A model generated the notes under the pieces. The model did no database searches, had not been told where the DNA came from, and worked only from the letters and a program-made list of their open reading frames with translations. Of a stretch of 64,000 bases of DNA, positions 30,764 through 40,030 are shown piece after piece. Position numbers and translations under genes: made by a program. How positions within the stretch are numbered: position 1 is the stretch's first letter; every line of letters starts with the position of its first letter. Source of the DNA: an uncultured Gemmatimonadales bacterium (GTDB lineage: Bacteria > Gemmatimonadota > Gemmatimonadetes > Gemmatimonadales > GWC2-71-9); assembly GCA_963779755.1 (NCBI GenBank), contig CAVZZO010000001.1, positions 640,001-704,000 on the forward strand. The letters run 5' to 3'.

Positions 30764-31687
30764 CTAGCGATCCTGCGGTGAGGTGCTCGGCGGGCCGTCT
30801 TCACCATTCAGGAACGGGAGCACGACCACCGGCACCAGCGGTGACAGCGCCATCTCGTAGTGGGTGAGGTTGGGCAGGATCGCGAGCCGGTTCGGCGACA
30901 TGTGCTCGCGCTGCCACCCTGCATCCCTCAGCCCGCCGCCCAGCAGCTGAAAGAAGCTCACGGCGTGCTCGGGGCGAATCATGTCGGCATCGCCGTACAC
31001 CAGCATGACCGGGCCCTTGAGCCGCTTCACTTCTTCCGACCAGTCGTACGACCGGCGCATCCATTCGCCCATGCGATCGAGCAGTCTCGGGAAATCCTGA
31101 GGCCGGGGGGCGAGTGCCGCGTAGGATTGGTAGATCGGGGTCCCTTTCATCTGGTCGGCCATGGCGGCGCCCACCGCCGCCTGCTGGGGCAGCATCTCGG
31201 GATGGAACCCGCTCGTCGCGTAGGGCGTCGACACGAGCACCAGGCGCCGCACCATCTCCGGATGCTGGATCGCGAGCCGCAGGGCGATGCCACCGCCCAT
31301 CGAGTAGCCGAGTACGTCAACCGTGTCGTACCCCGCCTGCCGCAGCACGCTGGCGATGTCGTCCGCCATGTCGCTGTAGTCAATCGGACGATCTCCCAGG
31401 GTCGTCCGGCCGTGGCCCTGGAGATCGACGGCGATGACCTGCCGTGCCCGGGCGAACTCCGGCAGGCCGGGCTCGAACAACCGGGTGGATCCCAGGCCAC
31501 CATGGAGCAGGAGCAGCGGCGCCCCGCGGCCATGGATCTCATAGTAGTAGTTGACGCCGTTCGCCGGCGCGTACCCCGTGCGCACCGGCCTGGGGGCGGC
31601 GGCGGGGGCGGGTGCCGGTTGCTGGGCATTCGCGGTAGCCATGATGAACGCTCCTGCGATCGCGAGTAGGGGGATTTTGGCCGGCAT
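30764..31687 (-). CDS. Alpha/beta hydrolase
   Basis: LLHGG, DLQGHGRT, GYSMGG motifs. Confidence 0.92.
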   Translation of the reverse strand: MPAKIPLLAIAGAFIMATANAQQPAPAPAAAPRPVRTGYAPANGVNYYYEIHGRGAPLLLLHGGLGSTRLFEPGLPEFARARQVIAVDLQGHGRTTLGDRPIDYSDMADDIASVLRQAGYDTVDVLGYSMGGGIALRLAIQHPEMVRRLVLVSTPYATSGFHPEMLPQQAAVGAAMADQMKGTPIYQSYAALAPRPQDFPRLLDRMGEWMRRSYDWSEEVKRLKGPVMLVYGDADMIRPEHAVSFFQLLGGGLRDAGWQREHMSPNRLAILPNLTHYEMALSPLVPVVVLPFLNGEDGPPSTSPQDR

Positions 31688-31736
31688 GCTCGGTGTCCGG
31701 TGGATGGTCCTGGAGTGGCTTGGCTTCCATGATACC

Positions 31737-31763
31737 GTCGATCCGGCGGTGCGAAAATCGACA
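31737..31763 (-). promoter_or_regulatory. ECF42-like sigma promoter
   Basis: TGTCGA-17 bp-CGAC. Confidence 0.55.
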
Positions 31764-31907
31764 TGATCGGTACGGTAGAAGCGAACCACCCTGTCCTCTC
31801 CCGGCCCGAAGTCATTCTGCAGGGCCGGAGCTGATTTCGCCGGTCCACCTCCGCCTCACCCGGGAATCTGGAAAGTACCGTCGGGCAGGGAAGGTGGCTG
31901 GGCTGCT

Positions 31908-31953
31908 TCACTCCAGTGACAAGCCCCGGCCGAGACCCGGCTTCAGCCGAGGG
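31908..31953. repeat. CTTCAG double-palindrome element
   Basis: TCACTCCAGTGA..CCGAGACCCGGCTTCAGCCGAGG. Confidence 0.75.
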
Positions 31954-31958
31954 CAAGA

Positions 31959-32396
31959 TTATCTGAGCTCCTGGGCGAGCCCGATCAGGATCCCTTCGGG
32001 ACCCCGGATGTAGCACAGCCGGTAGATATCCTGGTACTGGACCACCTGGCCGACCAGCTCCGCACCCCGCCGGCGGAGCCTGACGAGCGTCTCGTCGAGG
32101 TCGTCCACAGTGAACATGACGCGCAGGTAGCCGAGCGCGTTCACCGGGGCGTTCCGGTGATCGGCGACGACGGGCGGGGTGAGGAATCGCGAAAGCTCGA
32201 GCCGACTGTGGCCGTCTGGGGTGACCAGCATGGCGATCTCGACGCGCTGGGACCCCAGTCCGGTGACGCGCCCGGCCCACTCTCCTTCGATCGTGGCGCG
32301 CCCCTCGAGTGTCAGGCCGAGCTCGAGGAAGAATGGGATCGCGGCATCGAGGGATTCTACCACGATGCCTACGTTGTCCATCCGCTTGAGAGTCAT
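31959..32396 (-). CDS. VOC/glyoxalase family protein
   Basis: MDNVGIVV..RLELSRF..CYIRGPEGILIGLAQ. Confidence 0.93.
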   Translation of the reverse strand: MTLKRMDNVGIVVESLDAAIPFFLELGLTLEGRATIEGEWAGRVTGLGSQRVEIAMLVTPDGHSRLELSRFLTPPVVADHRNAPVNALGYLRVMFTVDDLDETLVRLRRRGAELVGQVVQYQDIYRLCYIRGPEGILIGLAQELR

Positions 32397-32445
32397 GTCA
32401 TCCCCGCTTTATGACCGAAACGCCCGGCATGGCGTTTGTCATGGC

Positions 32446-32535
32446 GTCCAGAGTGTTCAGGGTCGGTTGCGCGGCGCGAGATGACGTATGACTCCAGGCG
32501 CAACCTGGCGCCGCGACAACTGCACCCGAATCTTT
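32446..32535 (-). other. Degenerate attC
   Basis: GGTTGCGCGGCGC / GCGCCGCGACAACTGCACCCG arms resemble the 21954 attC. Confidence 0.45.
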
Positions 32536-32538
32536 GCA

Positions 32539-33183
32539 TCACCGGCCAGGATTCCAGGTGCCACGATTGAGACCGGCTGTTCTACCGTCACTCAGTGTGC
32601 CCTGAGGTGCGGCCTGCAGCGAGCCGACGTGCCGGTAGGTGTTAAAGAGCACGCCCGTCGGCGTGGCCTTGGTACTGACGAGAGTGAGCGCGCGCGCGTC
32701 GACCCGGTCCGAGAAGAAGCATTTGCCCCGGCCCAGCAGGACCGGATAGACCAGCAGTACCACGTCGTCAACCAGTCCCTGTTCGAGCAGCGTCGATGTC
32801 AGGGTGGAGCTGCCCCAGAGAACGAGGTCCGGGCCGTCCTTCGACTTGATGCGGCGCACGCCGGCGACGAGGTCCGGTCCAACGCCCTCGAAGGGGCCCC
32901 ATTCAAGACTCTCCGGACGGTGGGTAGCGACATATTTCGTTGCCGCATTGAGGCCGTCCGCGAGCGGACTGCTTGGCGCCTTTGGCCAGAAGCGCGACCA
33001 GATATCGTAGGTGCGACGGCCAAGCAGCAGATCGAAGCTCGTTCCATGCGCGGCGACGATTGCGTCCCGGCCAGCCGGGGTCCGATAGGGCGCTTTCCAG
33101 TCGCCGTAGGGGAAGCCGTCCTCGCCGGAGGCCTGAATCACGCCGTCCAGCGAGATGTGTTCGATGATTCTGAGCCTTCTCAT
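32539..33183 (-). CDS. Dihydrofolate reductase / RibD C-terminal family
   Basis: SLDGVIQA, LLGRRTY, WGSSTL, YPVLLGRGK. Confidence 0.92.
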   Translation of the reverse strand: MRRLRIIEHISLDGVIQASGEDGFPYGDWKAPYRTPAGRDAIVAAHGTSFDLLLGRRTYDIWSRFWPKAPSSPLADGLNAATKYVATHRPESLEWGPFEGVGPDLVAGVRRIKSKDGPDLVLWGSSTLTSTLLEQGLVDDVVLLVYPVLLGRGKCFFSDRVDARALTLVSTKATPTGVLFNTYRHVGSLQAAPQGTLSDGRTAGLNRGTWNPGR

Positions 33184-33223
33184 GTGAGTCTCCGTCCGTG
33201 AGTTGAGGAACCTCCAACCCGAC

Positions 33224-33250
33224 GACGAACGGAGCCTGCGGAAATCGACA
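33224..33250 (-). promoter_or_regulatory. ECF42-like sigma promoter
   Basis: TGTCGA-17 bp-CGTC. Confidence 0.55.
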
Positions 33251-33339
33251 CGCCGATTGGACCGGCCAGGACGGCTGAGGCTGCGTTACAGGGTGCGCCG
33301 ACCGTCATGTACTCGACGTGGATGGTGGTGTCAGGTGCT

Positions 33340-33425
33340 GCCTGACGGCCTGCCCTCAGCGGCAGCAGCCTGATCGGTTCAACCAGCGAAGGCTGCCGCC
33401 CCGGCAGCTGGAAGCGCAGGTAGGG
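33340..33425 (-). other. Degenerate attC
   Basis: GCCTGAC..GCAGCAGCC / GGCTGCCGC..GGTAGGG. Confidence 0.5.
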
Positions 33426-33506
33426 GGGGCTGAGCGCCCGCTGGGTTGCAGGGCCGACGAAGCCCAGGGTGGCGAGATCATACCCGGAAGCAACGGCGTG
33501 GCCGAA

Positions 33507-33643
33507 CCTACGTGAACGGGGAACGTGCGGGCATAGGCAGACTTTTCGTCGGGGGTCATGGCGCGGCTCCGGGTGGAGGGAATCACAGGAGTCGCGGAAG
33601 GAGCTACGGGCCGCGCAGCGGCGTCAAGCGGGTATAGATGTCT
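33507..33643 (-). mobile_element. 5' end fragment of the IS110-family element, abutting an attC R'' box
   Basis: Identical to 46651-46787; followed by AGTTAGGC (33644-33651). Confidence 0.9.
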
Positions 33644-33665
33644 AGTTAGGCGGCAATGGTCAGCT

Positions 33666-34046
33666 TCAGGTCATCAAGGCCCGGATGTGCTGGCCGACCA
33701 CAAGGAGTTGGTCCGAGTCCATTGACCCTAGGACGCGGCGGGCTACAGGCCCCATGAGGCGACGAATGCCGCCGAGACCCATCTTCGTAGTCTGTGAGGC
33801 GACGAGTCCGGCCTTCGCCTCCTGGACGGGCTTGAGGAAGTAGTAGTCCAGGCCAGTCTCGGTGAGATCGAGGACGATTTCTGCCAGTTGATCGCAATGG
33901 TTTGTCGCATCCTCGGCGGCCTCCAACGCGTCCAGCACTTTCAGCGTCTTGGTCCGGAGCGCTCTCGAGTAGTAGAAGCGGAGTGAGGGGAGACCTGGGG
34001 GCACGGCCTCCTCATGGGGTCCTGTCCGGTCGGCGGCGCGTTTCAT
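33666..34046 (-). CDS. Hypothetical cassette protein
   Basis: 126 aa ORF ending just before GCCTAAC. Confidence 0.7.
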   Translation of the reverse strand: MKRAADRTGPHEEAVPPGLPSLRFYYSRALRTKTLKVLDALEAAEDATNHCDQLAEIVLDLTETGLDYYFLKPVQEAKAGLVASQTTKMGLGGIRRLMGPVARRVLGSMDSDQLLVVGQHIRALMT

Positions 34047-34396
34047 GTAATCCCCACGAGGCTAGGGTAGGTGGCGGATCCGAGGCTCGCCTCAGCACTG
34101 GGTTCGACTCAGCACCGTCCCAGCCTGGAGGCTCGCTGGGCACCCTCAGGTCGCAGAAGAGCCTTGCGCGGAAGGATATCGGGAGGGACATGAGCGAAGG
34201 ATGAAGGCGCAAGGAAAAACGCTACGAGCTCGCCAGGTGCGTGTGGGAACATGGCCACCTATCGCTGCGGCAGCTCTGCTGCGGCGTTTTTCGGCAGCGC
34301 GGCGCGGTGCTGGCACGGCTGCACAGTGCGCCCCGTGGAGGACTGGGCGACTGGATCGGTGTGCGCAGCCGAGCCAATTGCCGGCAATCCCACCGG

Positions 34397-34948
34397 TCAA
34401 AACACCACTGCCAAGGCCATGCCAATTCTGGCCCCCGCCAGTGGCCTCAGGCTGACCCGTAGGCGCTCGAGCGGGATCTCCTGCCAGCCCTCGGTCCGGA
34501 TCAGCCCGCCGACAATGGCGCCCAGCCCGGCCCCAGCTACCCCTCCAAGAGCCGTCAGACCGATGCACTCGGCCGAGGCCATTGCGTCCTGATTCGCCGA
34601 CTGATCGCAGGGGCTGGTGGAACCGCCTGTGTATAGCACGGCGGCCGCAACGCCTCCCCCGACCAGTAGGCCGATGCCAGCACCGAAAAGAGCGTGCGAC
34701 TTGCGGCCCTGGCTAAGGTCAACCTGGTTCACAGACGCGAGCGAGACGCGCCAAGTATCCTTGCTGTCCTGGACCACAAGCGAGTCAGCCGTAAGTGCCA
34801 CGAAAGTGCCGACGAAAGGGCTACCTGGCACGCTTGGTGCGACAACCCGCACCCGGTCTCCGGCCTTCACGGCAGGTGCCTCCTGCGCTGCGACCGTAAC
34901 GAGTGGGGCGACAACGAGGCCGATGACCATACGTGTGCGGAGGCGCAT
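34397..34948 (-). CDS. Secreted or membrane hypothetical cassette protein
   Basis: Signal peptide, glycine-zipper segments; starts 38 bp after the attC. Confidence 0.8.
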   Translation of the reverse strand: MRLRTRMVIGLVVAPLVTVAAQEAPAVKAGDRVRVVAPSVPGSPFVGTFVALTADSLVVQDSKDTWRVSLASVNQVDLSQGRKSHALFGAGIGLLVGGGVAAAVLYTGGSTSPCDQSANQDAMASAECIGLTALGGVAGAGLGAIVGGLIRTEGWQEIPLERLRVSLRPLAGARIGMALAVVF

Positions 34949-34985
34949 GGAGGGCCTCTTTCCCTGGGTGGATGCTCCTACCGCA

Positions 34986-35049
34986 GCCTAACGCTCGGGT
35001 TCAGTGGCGGGCCGCGCAGCGGACCGTTCGCTGCCACCCGTTGTTAGCC
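34986..35049 (-). other. attC site (64 bp)
   Basis: GCCTAAC..GTTAGCC; the upstream gene's stop codon lies in the R'' box. Confidence 0.9.
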
Positions 35050-35604
35050 GCGCGTGCGCCGGTAGTGCATAGCGACTGCGCCGCTGCGGAGCGGATTGGC
35101 CGAGACCAGTTCGAGAAGTCGCGTGCTGGGCAGCCCGCTCTGGTACAGTGTCGGGCCATGGCCGGCGATCCTGGGGTGGACGAGGAACTGGTACTCGTCG
35201 ATCAGATCCAGCCGGTCCAGCTCGGTCGCGAGCTTGCCGCTACCGAGGAGCACGCCGGCAGGGGTCGCATCCTTGAGATTCTGCAGGCTCGTGCGTAAGT
35301 CACCGGCGATGTGGTGGCTGTTGGTCCACGGGAAGTCGGTTCGCGTCGACGACACCACGTACTTCGGCTTGGCCTCCAGCTTGACCGCCCACTCGCGCAT
35401 CGCTGGCGGTGCCTCTTCGTCGCCGCGAGCGACCGCCGGCCAGTAGCCCTCCATCATCTCGTACGTGACGCGGCCCCACAGCATCGCCCCGCTCTCATCC
35501 ATGAGGCTGGTGAAGAAAGCGTGTGTCTCGTGGTCGGCGATTCCCTCCTGGTGGTCGACGCAGCCGTCCAGGGTTACGTTGAGGCTGAAGGTTAGAAGTC
35601 CCAT
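35044..35604 (-). CDS. Dihydrofolate reductase / RibD C-terminal family (cassette)
   Basis: TLDGCVDH, LWGRVTY, LGSGKL, HPRIAGHGP. Confidence 0.92.
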   Translation of the reverse strand: MGLLTFSLNVTLDGCVDHQEGIADHETHAFFTSLMDESGAMLWGRVTYEMMEGYWPAVARGDEEAPPAMREWAVKLEAKPKYVVSSTRTDFPWTNSHHIAGDLRTSLQNLKDATPAGVLLGSGKLATELDRLDLIDEYQFLVHPRIAGHGPTLYQSGLPSTRLLELVSANPLRSGAVAMHYRRTRG

Positions 35605-35728
35605 GCGATCTTACTCCGAGTTTGCCATCCCGCTGGATTGTCGCTTGTCGACGAGTACCTCGCTGCGGCTGACGCTCGACATCACCGGGCCGCCGGACTG
35701 AGCCTGCGGCTTTTTAGTAGGACTAAAA

Positions 35729-36753
35729 CTAGAGAATCCCGCTCTCCTTGAGCCAGTTCTCTACAAGCGAAGGCCACATCGCCACCGGATGTTCTGTGCG
35801 CCTCAGTCCGAAGGCGTGCCCGCCCTTGGTAAAGAGATGGACCTCTGCCGGGACGCCCGCATCATCAAGGGCGCGCGCGTAAACCGTGCTGTTGCAGATT
35901 TCGTCCACGGGGTCATCCCACGCCTGCAACAGGAACGTCGGCGGCGTCTGCGTTGTGACGTGTATGCCGGGGTCGAGGGTGGCACCATCGCGGCACAGGT
36001 GACCCGGGTAAAGCGCGACGGCGAAGTCAGGGCGGCTACTTAGTTTGTCTGCCGCATCCACCGGCTTGTATGTGGGCTCGAATATGTTGCTGGTCTGCGC
36101 GACCAGATAGCCGCCTGCCGAGAAGCCGATCACCCCAATCTTGTTGGGATCAAGGTTCAACTCCTTCGCCCTGGCGCGAACGAGCCTGATCGTTCTTTGC
36201 GCGTCCTGAAGTGCGCGGGGACCTTGGGTGTGATGTGGCAATGGCAATCCTTGTCCCAGTAGTGATTGCTTTTGGGAACGCGATACTTGAGCAAGACGCA
36301 CGTGATGCCTTTGGCGGTCATCCAGTCACATATTTCAGTCCCTTCAAGGTCCATAGCCAAAAGCCGGAATCCGCCGCCGGGGAAAACCACCATTGACGCG
36401 CCGGTATTCCTGCCCACGGGTGGAAAGACCGTCATGGTCGGAGAAGTTACGTCATAGGCTGCGGTCCAAGGGCGCCCCGCGACGACATCCGGGGCTTTCG
36501 TGACTTCAACTCTCTCGGCCGGTTGAGAGACGCCTTCCATATCCGGCGCACCCTTCGGCCAGATCGGGATTTGTTCCAATCCTGAAGGCGGCTGCCAGAC
36601 GCCGGCCTTCCCGACATCCGTTTGTTGCCGGTCTGATGTCGTCGGCCTAGTCGCTTGCGCCGGCTCGGCCCAAGGTTTGTGCATCACGGCGACGCCACCC
36701 GCCAAGCCCGACAACCCCAAGGCGCATAATAGGCATGAGCAAAGGTCGGCACA
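35729..36753 (-). CDS. Secreted alpha/beta hydrolase, first cassette after attI copy 2 (frameshifted)
   Basis: FPGGGF in the 36157-36720 frame; GFSAGG and GGHAFG in the 35729-36301 frame. Confidence 0.8.
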
Positions 36754-36839
36754 CTATCGACTCCTCCTTGACTCAACGGGCGTTGGCGGCGATTCCCGAT
36801 GGTTCGCAAAAGAACGATCGCAAGGAAGGCTATTCCGCA

Positions 36840-37000
36840 GGCTAACGCAGATTGGACCTGCAGGAACCACGTCCCCCCCAGCCATCCCGAAATTATCTTA
36901 GGGGCCGCCACCTGAATTCACAACATTGCCAACCGGCCCCGCCGCCGGCAGGTCCGCCGGGCTCCGTATACCCTGGCCGCCACGGTTGAGGACGTGGGTA
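36840..37000 (-). other. attI + Pc + intI 3' tail module (copy 2)
   Basis: GTTAGCC core, TTGTGA-17-TAAGAT (36923-36895), tail [18 protein letters not shown]. Confidence 0.88.
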
Positions 37001-37005
37001 TTTTT

Positions 37006-37050
37006 TCACTTCAGTGATAAGCCTGGCCGAGACCCGGCTTCAGCCGAGGT
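37006..37050. repeat. CTTCAG double-palindrome element at the intI truncation point
   Basis: TCACTTCAGTGA..CCGAGACCCGGCTTCAGCCGAGG. Confidence 0.8.
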
Positions 37051-37149
37051 CCTCCATCATGGCGATCTCGACCCGCTGGCCGTGCAGACCGGTGACGCCG
37101 TCCGCCCAGTCGCTGAGCGCAGCGAAGCGGCCGGAGCCCGTTCCGCCCG

Positions 37150-37746
37150 TCACCCGGCGGGCATCCCTTCGCTCCGGGCGCGGGCCAGCAGGTCGTCCAC
37201 ACCCAGGCGCGGCGCCCAGGACTCGAGCCGAGTCCAGTCGAGCCGGGCGCCCTGGGCCCGGATAATCCCGATCACGTCGCGCCACTGCCGTTCCGAGACC
37301 TCGCCACCTCGCCGGTACCACTCCAGCTTCCGCAGGATGGTATCCTCGGCGCTGTCAATCGCGAGGGTGGATCCGGGGCTTTCCCCGAACCGCTGGCGGA
37401 TGCCGCGGGCGATGCGTTCGGCATCGAACGGATCCGTCCCCGCGACGAACAGATCAGCCTTCACCGCCGTCGCCAGGTGGACGACATTGAACGCACCGCC
37501 GGTGCCTGCGGCCTCCCGTGCGGCAGCGGTGCTGACGTAGTAGCCCTGGCCCAGGGCGCGGACGAGGGGGTCCACCTGTTCCGGGGTGAGCGCCACCACC
37601 AGGTCCACATCATTGGTGGACCGGGGCTCGCCGTGGAAGGAGCTGGCCAGCGAGCCGCCCGCGACATAGGGAATGCCGAGCCGGTCGAGATGGCCCGCCA
37701 GCTCGAGAGCGACGCAGAGGAAATCGGGGAGCTGGTCAGGCGCCAT
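37150..37746 (-). CDS. Nucleotidyltransferase-fold protein (putative toxin)
   Basis: GGSLASSFHGEPRSTNDVDLV, EDTILRKL, QWRDV motifs. Confidence 0.8.
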   Translation of the reverse strand: MAPDQLPDFLCVALELAGHLDRLGIPYVAGGSLASSFHGEPRSTNDVDLVVALTPEQVDPLVRALGQGYYVSTAAAREAAGTGGAFNVVHLATAVKADLFVAGTDPFDAERIARGIRQRFGESPGSTLAIDSAEDTILRKLEWYRRGGEVSERQWRDVIGIIRAQGARLDWTRLESWAPRLGVDDLLARARSEGMPAG

Positions 37747-38005
37747 CGGCGGGCGCCCGCCACCCGTAGGCACGCTGGACCACTTCCGGTCCCAGGCGGA
37801 GGGCCGCTAGGCGCAGCAGCAGTTCGGGCTCGGAGGCCGTGGGGAACCGGCGGCGGAGTCCCGCGAGCGCCAGCTCGTTCGCCGCCCGGGCAAGATCCCG
37901 CGCCCGTTCCAGCCGGCCCGTCGGAGACAGGCCGGCCACGGCAGTGTTGTAGATGCGGGCCGCGTCAGGTGAGGTGTCGGAGATGCCGCGGGAACGGTCG
38001 GGCAT
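37736..38005 (-). CDS. Small partner protein (putative antitoxin)
   Basis: DTSPDA..LSPTGRL..GLRRRFP; overlaps the NTase start. Confidence 0.7.
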   Translation of the reverse strand: MPDRSRGISDTSPDAARIYNTAVAGLSPTGRLERARDLARAANELALAGLRRRFPTASEPELLLRLAALRLGPEVVQRAYGWRAPADGA

Positions 38006-38067
38006 GGGGGGAAATATAGGGTTTGTGTCGGTTCCTGTCCCGCTTAGGGCCGGAGAAAGAGCACGCC

Positions 38068-38940
38068 GTCATTGCGAGGGCGCGCAGCGCCCGTGGCAAT
38101 CCCACCGCTTCCGGCGGGGAGCTCCCCACCTCACCGCTTGCTCCTCACGCTCACCGCCGACCTAACCCCCTGTCCCCCTTCCCTGTTGGGAAGGGGGGAC
38201 CGGGACGACCAGTTCGAAGAGAAGGGGGAACCGGGACGGCCGATGTAAAAGAGGCTGTCACCCTGAGGCCGCGCCAGCGGCTGAAGGGGCCGAAGCTGGA
38301 GGATGGCTTCGGTCCCTTCGCTGCGCTCAGGGTGACAACCCCCTGTCCCCCTTCCCTGTTGGAAAGGGGGGACCGGGACGGGCGGTGCGAAAGGGCTGTC
38401 ACCCTGAGGCCGCATCAGCGGCCGAAGGGGCCGAAGCTGGAGGATGGCTTCGGTCCCTTCGCTGCGCTCAGGGTGACCTAACCCCCTGTCCCCCTTCCCT
38501 GTTGGGAAGGGGGGACCGGGACGACCAGTTCGAAGAGAAGGGGGAACCGGGACGGCCGGTGTAAAAGAGGCTGTCACCCTGAGGCCGCACGTGCGGCCGA
38601 AGGGGCCGAAGCTGGAGGATGGCTTCGGTCCCTTCGCTGCGCTCAGGGTGACCTAACCCCCTGTCCCCCTTCCCTGTTGGGAAGGGGGAACCGGGACGGC
38701 CGGTGCGAAAGGGCTGTCACCCTGAGGCCGCATCAGCGGCCGAAGGGGCCGAAGCTGAAGGACGGTTTCGGTCCCTTCGCTGCGCTCAGGGTGACCTAAC
38801 CCCCTGTCCCCCTTCCCTGTTGGGAAGGGGGAACCGGGACGGCCGGTGTAAAAGAGGCTGTCACCCTGAGGCCGCACGTGCGGCCGAAGGGGCCGAAGTT
38901 GAAGGATGGTTTTCGGCCCCTTCGCTGCGCTCAGGGTGAC
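38068..38940. repeat. Second REP/BIME-like tandem mosaic
   Basis: REP starts at 38257, 38398, 38573, 38716 and 38860 (141-175 bp spacing). Confidence 0.95.
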
Positions 38941-39000
38941 ATTACGCGCGCCGCCGGCGCTCATTGCCCGGGCGCGAGAGACACCCAGCGCCGCGATCCT

Positions 39001-39043
39001 TCACTTCAGTGATAAACCCGCCGAGACTCGGCTTCAGCCGAGG
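39001..39043. repeat. CTTCAG double-palindrome element
   Basis: TCACTTCAGTGA..CCGAGACTCGGCTTCAGCCGAGG. Confidence 0.8.
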
Positions 39044-39082
39044 GAAAGATCCCCTTGCGTGCCGCGAAACCCTGCCATTAAG

Positions 39083-39106
39083 ATACTGAACCATATGGTT
39101 CAGTAT
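39083..39106. promoter_or_regulatory. Perfect 24-bp palindromic operator over the ArsR start codon
   Basis: ATACTGAACCATATGGTTCAGTAT; TAAGAT -10 just upstream. Confidence 0.75.
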
Positions 39107-39460
39107 AACACGACCCGGCTTGATACTGCGTTCGCCGCGCTCTCGGACCCCACGCGGCGCGGCGTGCTGGAGCAGCTCGGCCGAGCCGACGCTTCGATCA
39201 CGGACCTGGCCGGGAAGTTCCAGATGACGCTCACGGGCATGAAGAAGCACGTCGGCGTGCTGGAGCAGGCGGGGCTCGTCACCACGAAGAAGATCGGGCG
39301 GGTGCGGACCTGCCGGTTGGGACCGCGGCGACTGGAGGAAGAGGCGGCGTGGCTTGAGCGGTACCGCCGGCGCTGGGACGCACGCTTTGACGAGCTGGAC
39401 AGGGTGGTCGAGGAACTTACCCGAAAGGAGCAGAGCGATGAACGCAAGAACCGGAAGTGA
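39095..39460 (+). CDS. ArsR-family regulator
   Basis: FAALSDPTRRGVL..KHVGVLEQAGLV..GRVR. Confidence 0.92.
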   Translation: MVQYNTTRLDTAFAALSDPTRRGVLEQLGRADASITDLAGKFQMTLTGMKKHVGVLEQAGLVTTKKIGRVRTCRLGPRRLEEEAAWLERYRRRWDARFDELDRVVEELTRKEQSDERKNRK

Positions 39461-39941
39461 ACCCGGCGCCGGGAAGCACCGCACGGCGGTGGAACGGAAG
39501 TCGGACCGCGAGCTGGCGGTGACGCGCACGTTCGATGCGCCGGTGCGCATCGTCTTCGAAGCCTGGAGCAAGCCCGAATTGTTCCAGCGCTGGTGGGTCC
39601 CGAAATCGGCGCCCCTGACGCTGCTCTCCTGCGAGATGGATGTGCGCACCGGGGGCGGGTATCGCCTGGTGTTCCGCCATCCCGCCTCCAATGAGCCGAT
39701 GGCGTTCTTCGGAACGTACAAAGACGTCGTGCCCAACAAGCGGATCGTCTGGACCAACGAAGAAAGCGATCAGGGTGCCGTGACCACGGTGACGTTCGAA
39801 GAAGATGCAGGCAAGACGCTGGTCACCCTGCACGAACGTTACCCCACGACCGCGGCGCTCGAGGAAGCCCTCGCCGGTTCGGCGGAAGGCCTGCCCGAAC
39901 AGTTCGCGCAGCTGGATGAGTTGCTCGCAGGAAGACTGTGA
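39438..39941 (+). CDS. SRPBCC/AHSA1 family protein
   Basis: TRTFDAP..VFEAW..DVRTGGGYR. Confidence 0.92.
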   Translation: MNARTGSEPGAGKHRTAVERKSDRELAVTRTFDAPVRIVFEAWSKPELFQRWWVPKSAPLTLLSCEMDVRTGGGYRLVFRHPASNEPMAFFGTYKDVVPNKRIVWTNEESDQGAVTTVTFEEDAGKTLVTLHERYPTTAALEEALAGSAEGLPEQFAQLDELLAGRL

Positions 39942-39999
39942 CCACACCGCGGCCAACGGCACCGCCGAGCCGGCCAGGCCGGCGCGAGGTGAGGACGCT

Positions 40000-40030
40000 A
40001 TGCAGAGACGCGATTTCCTGAAGACGCGCT
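40000..40030 (+). pseudogene. Tat-signal gene start truncated by a REP half
   Basis: RBS GAGG, then MQRRDFLKT, then CGCTCAGGGTGAC. Confidence 0.55.

Noticed and set aside
30103..35604. dfr trimethoprim-resistance cassettes
   Set aside because: The proteins are 186-214 aa RibD-C/DHFR-like family members, not recognisable DfrA or DfrB.
38160..38940. CRISPR array or repeat-protein ORFs
   Set aside because: Same REP mosaic; the ORFs here are translations of palindromic repeats on both strands.
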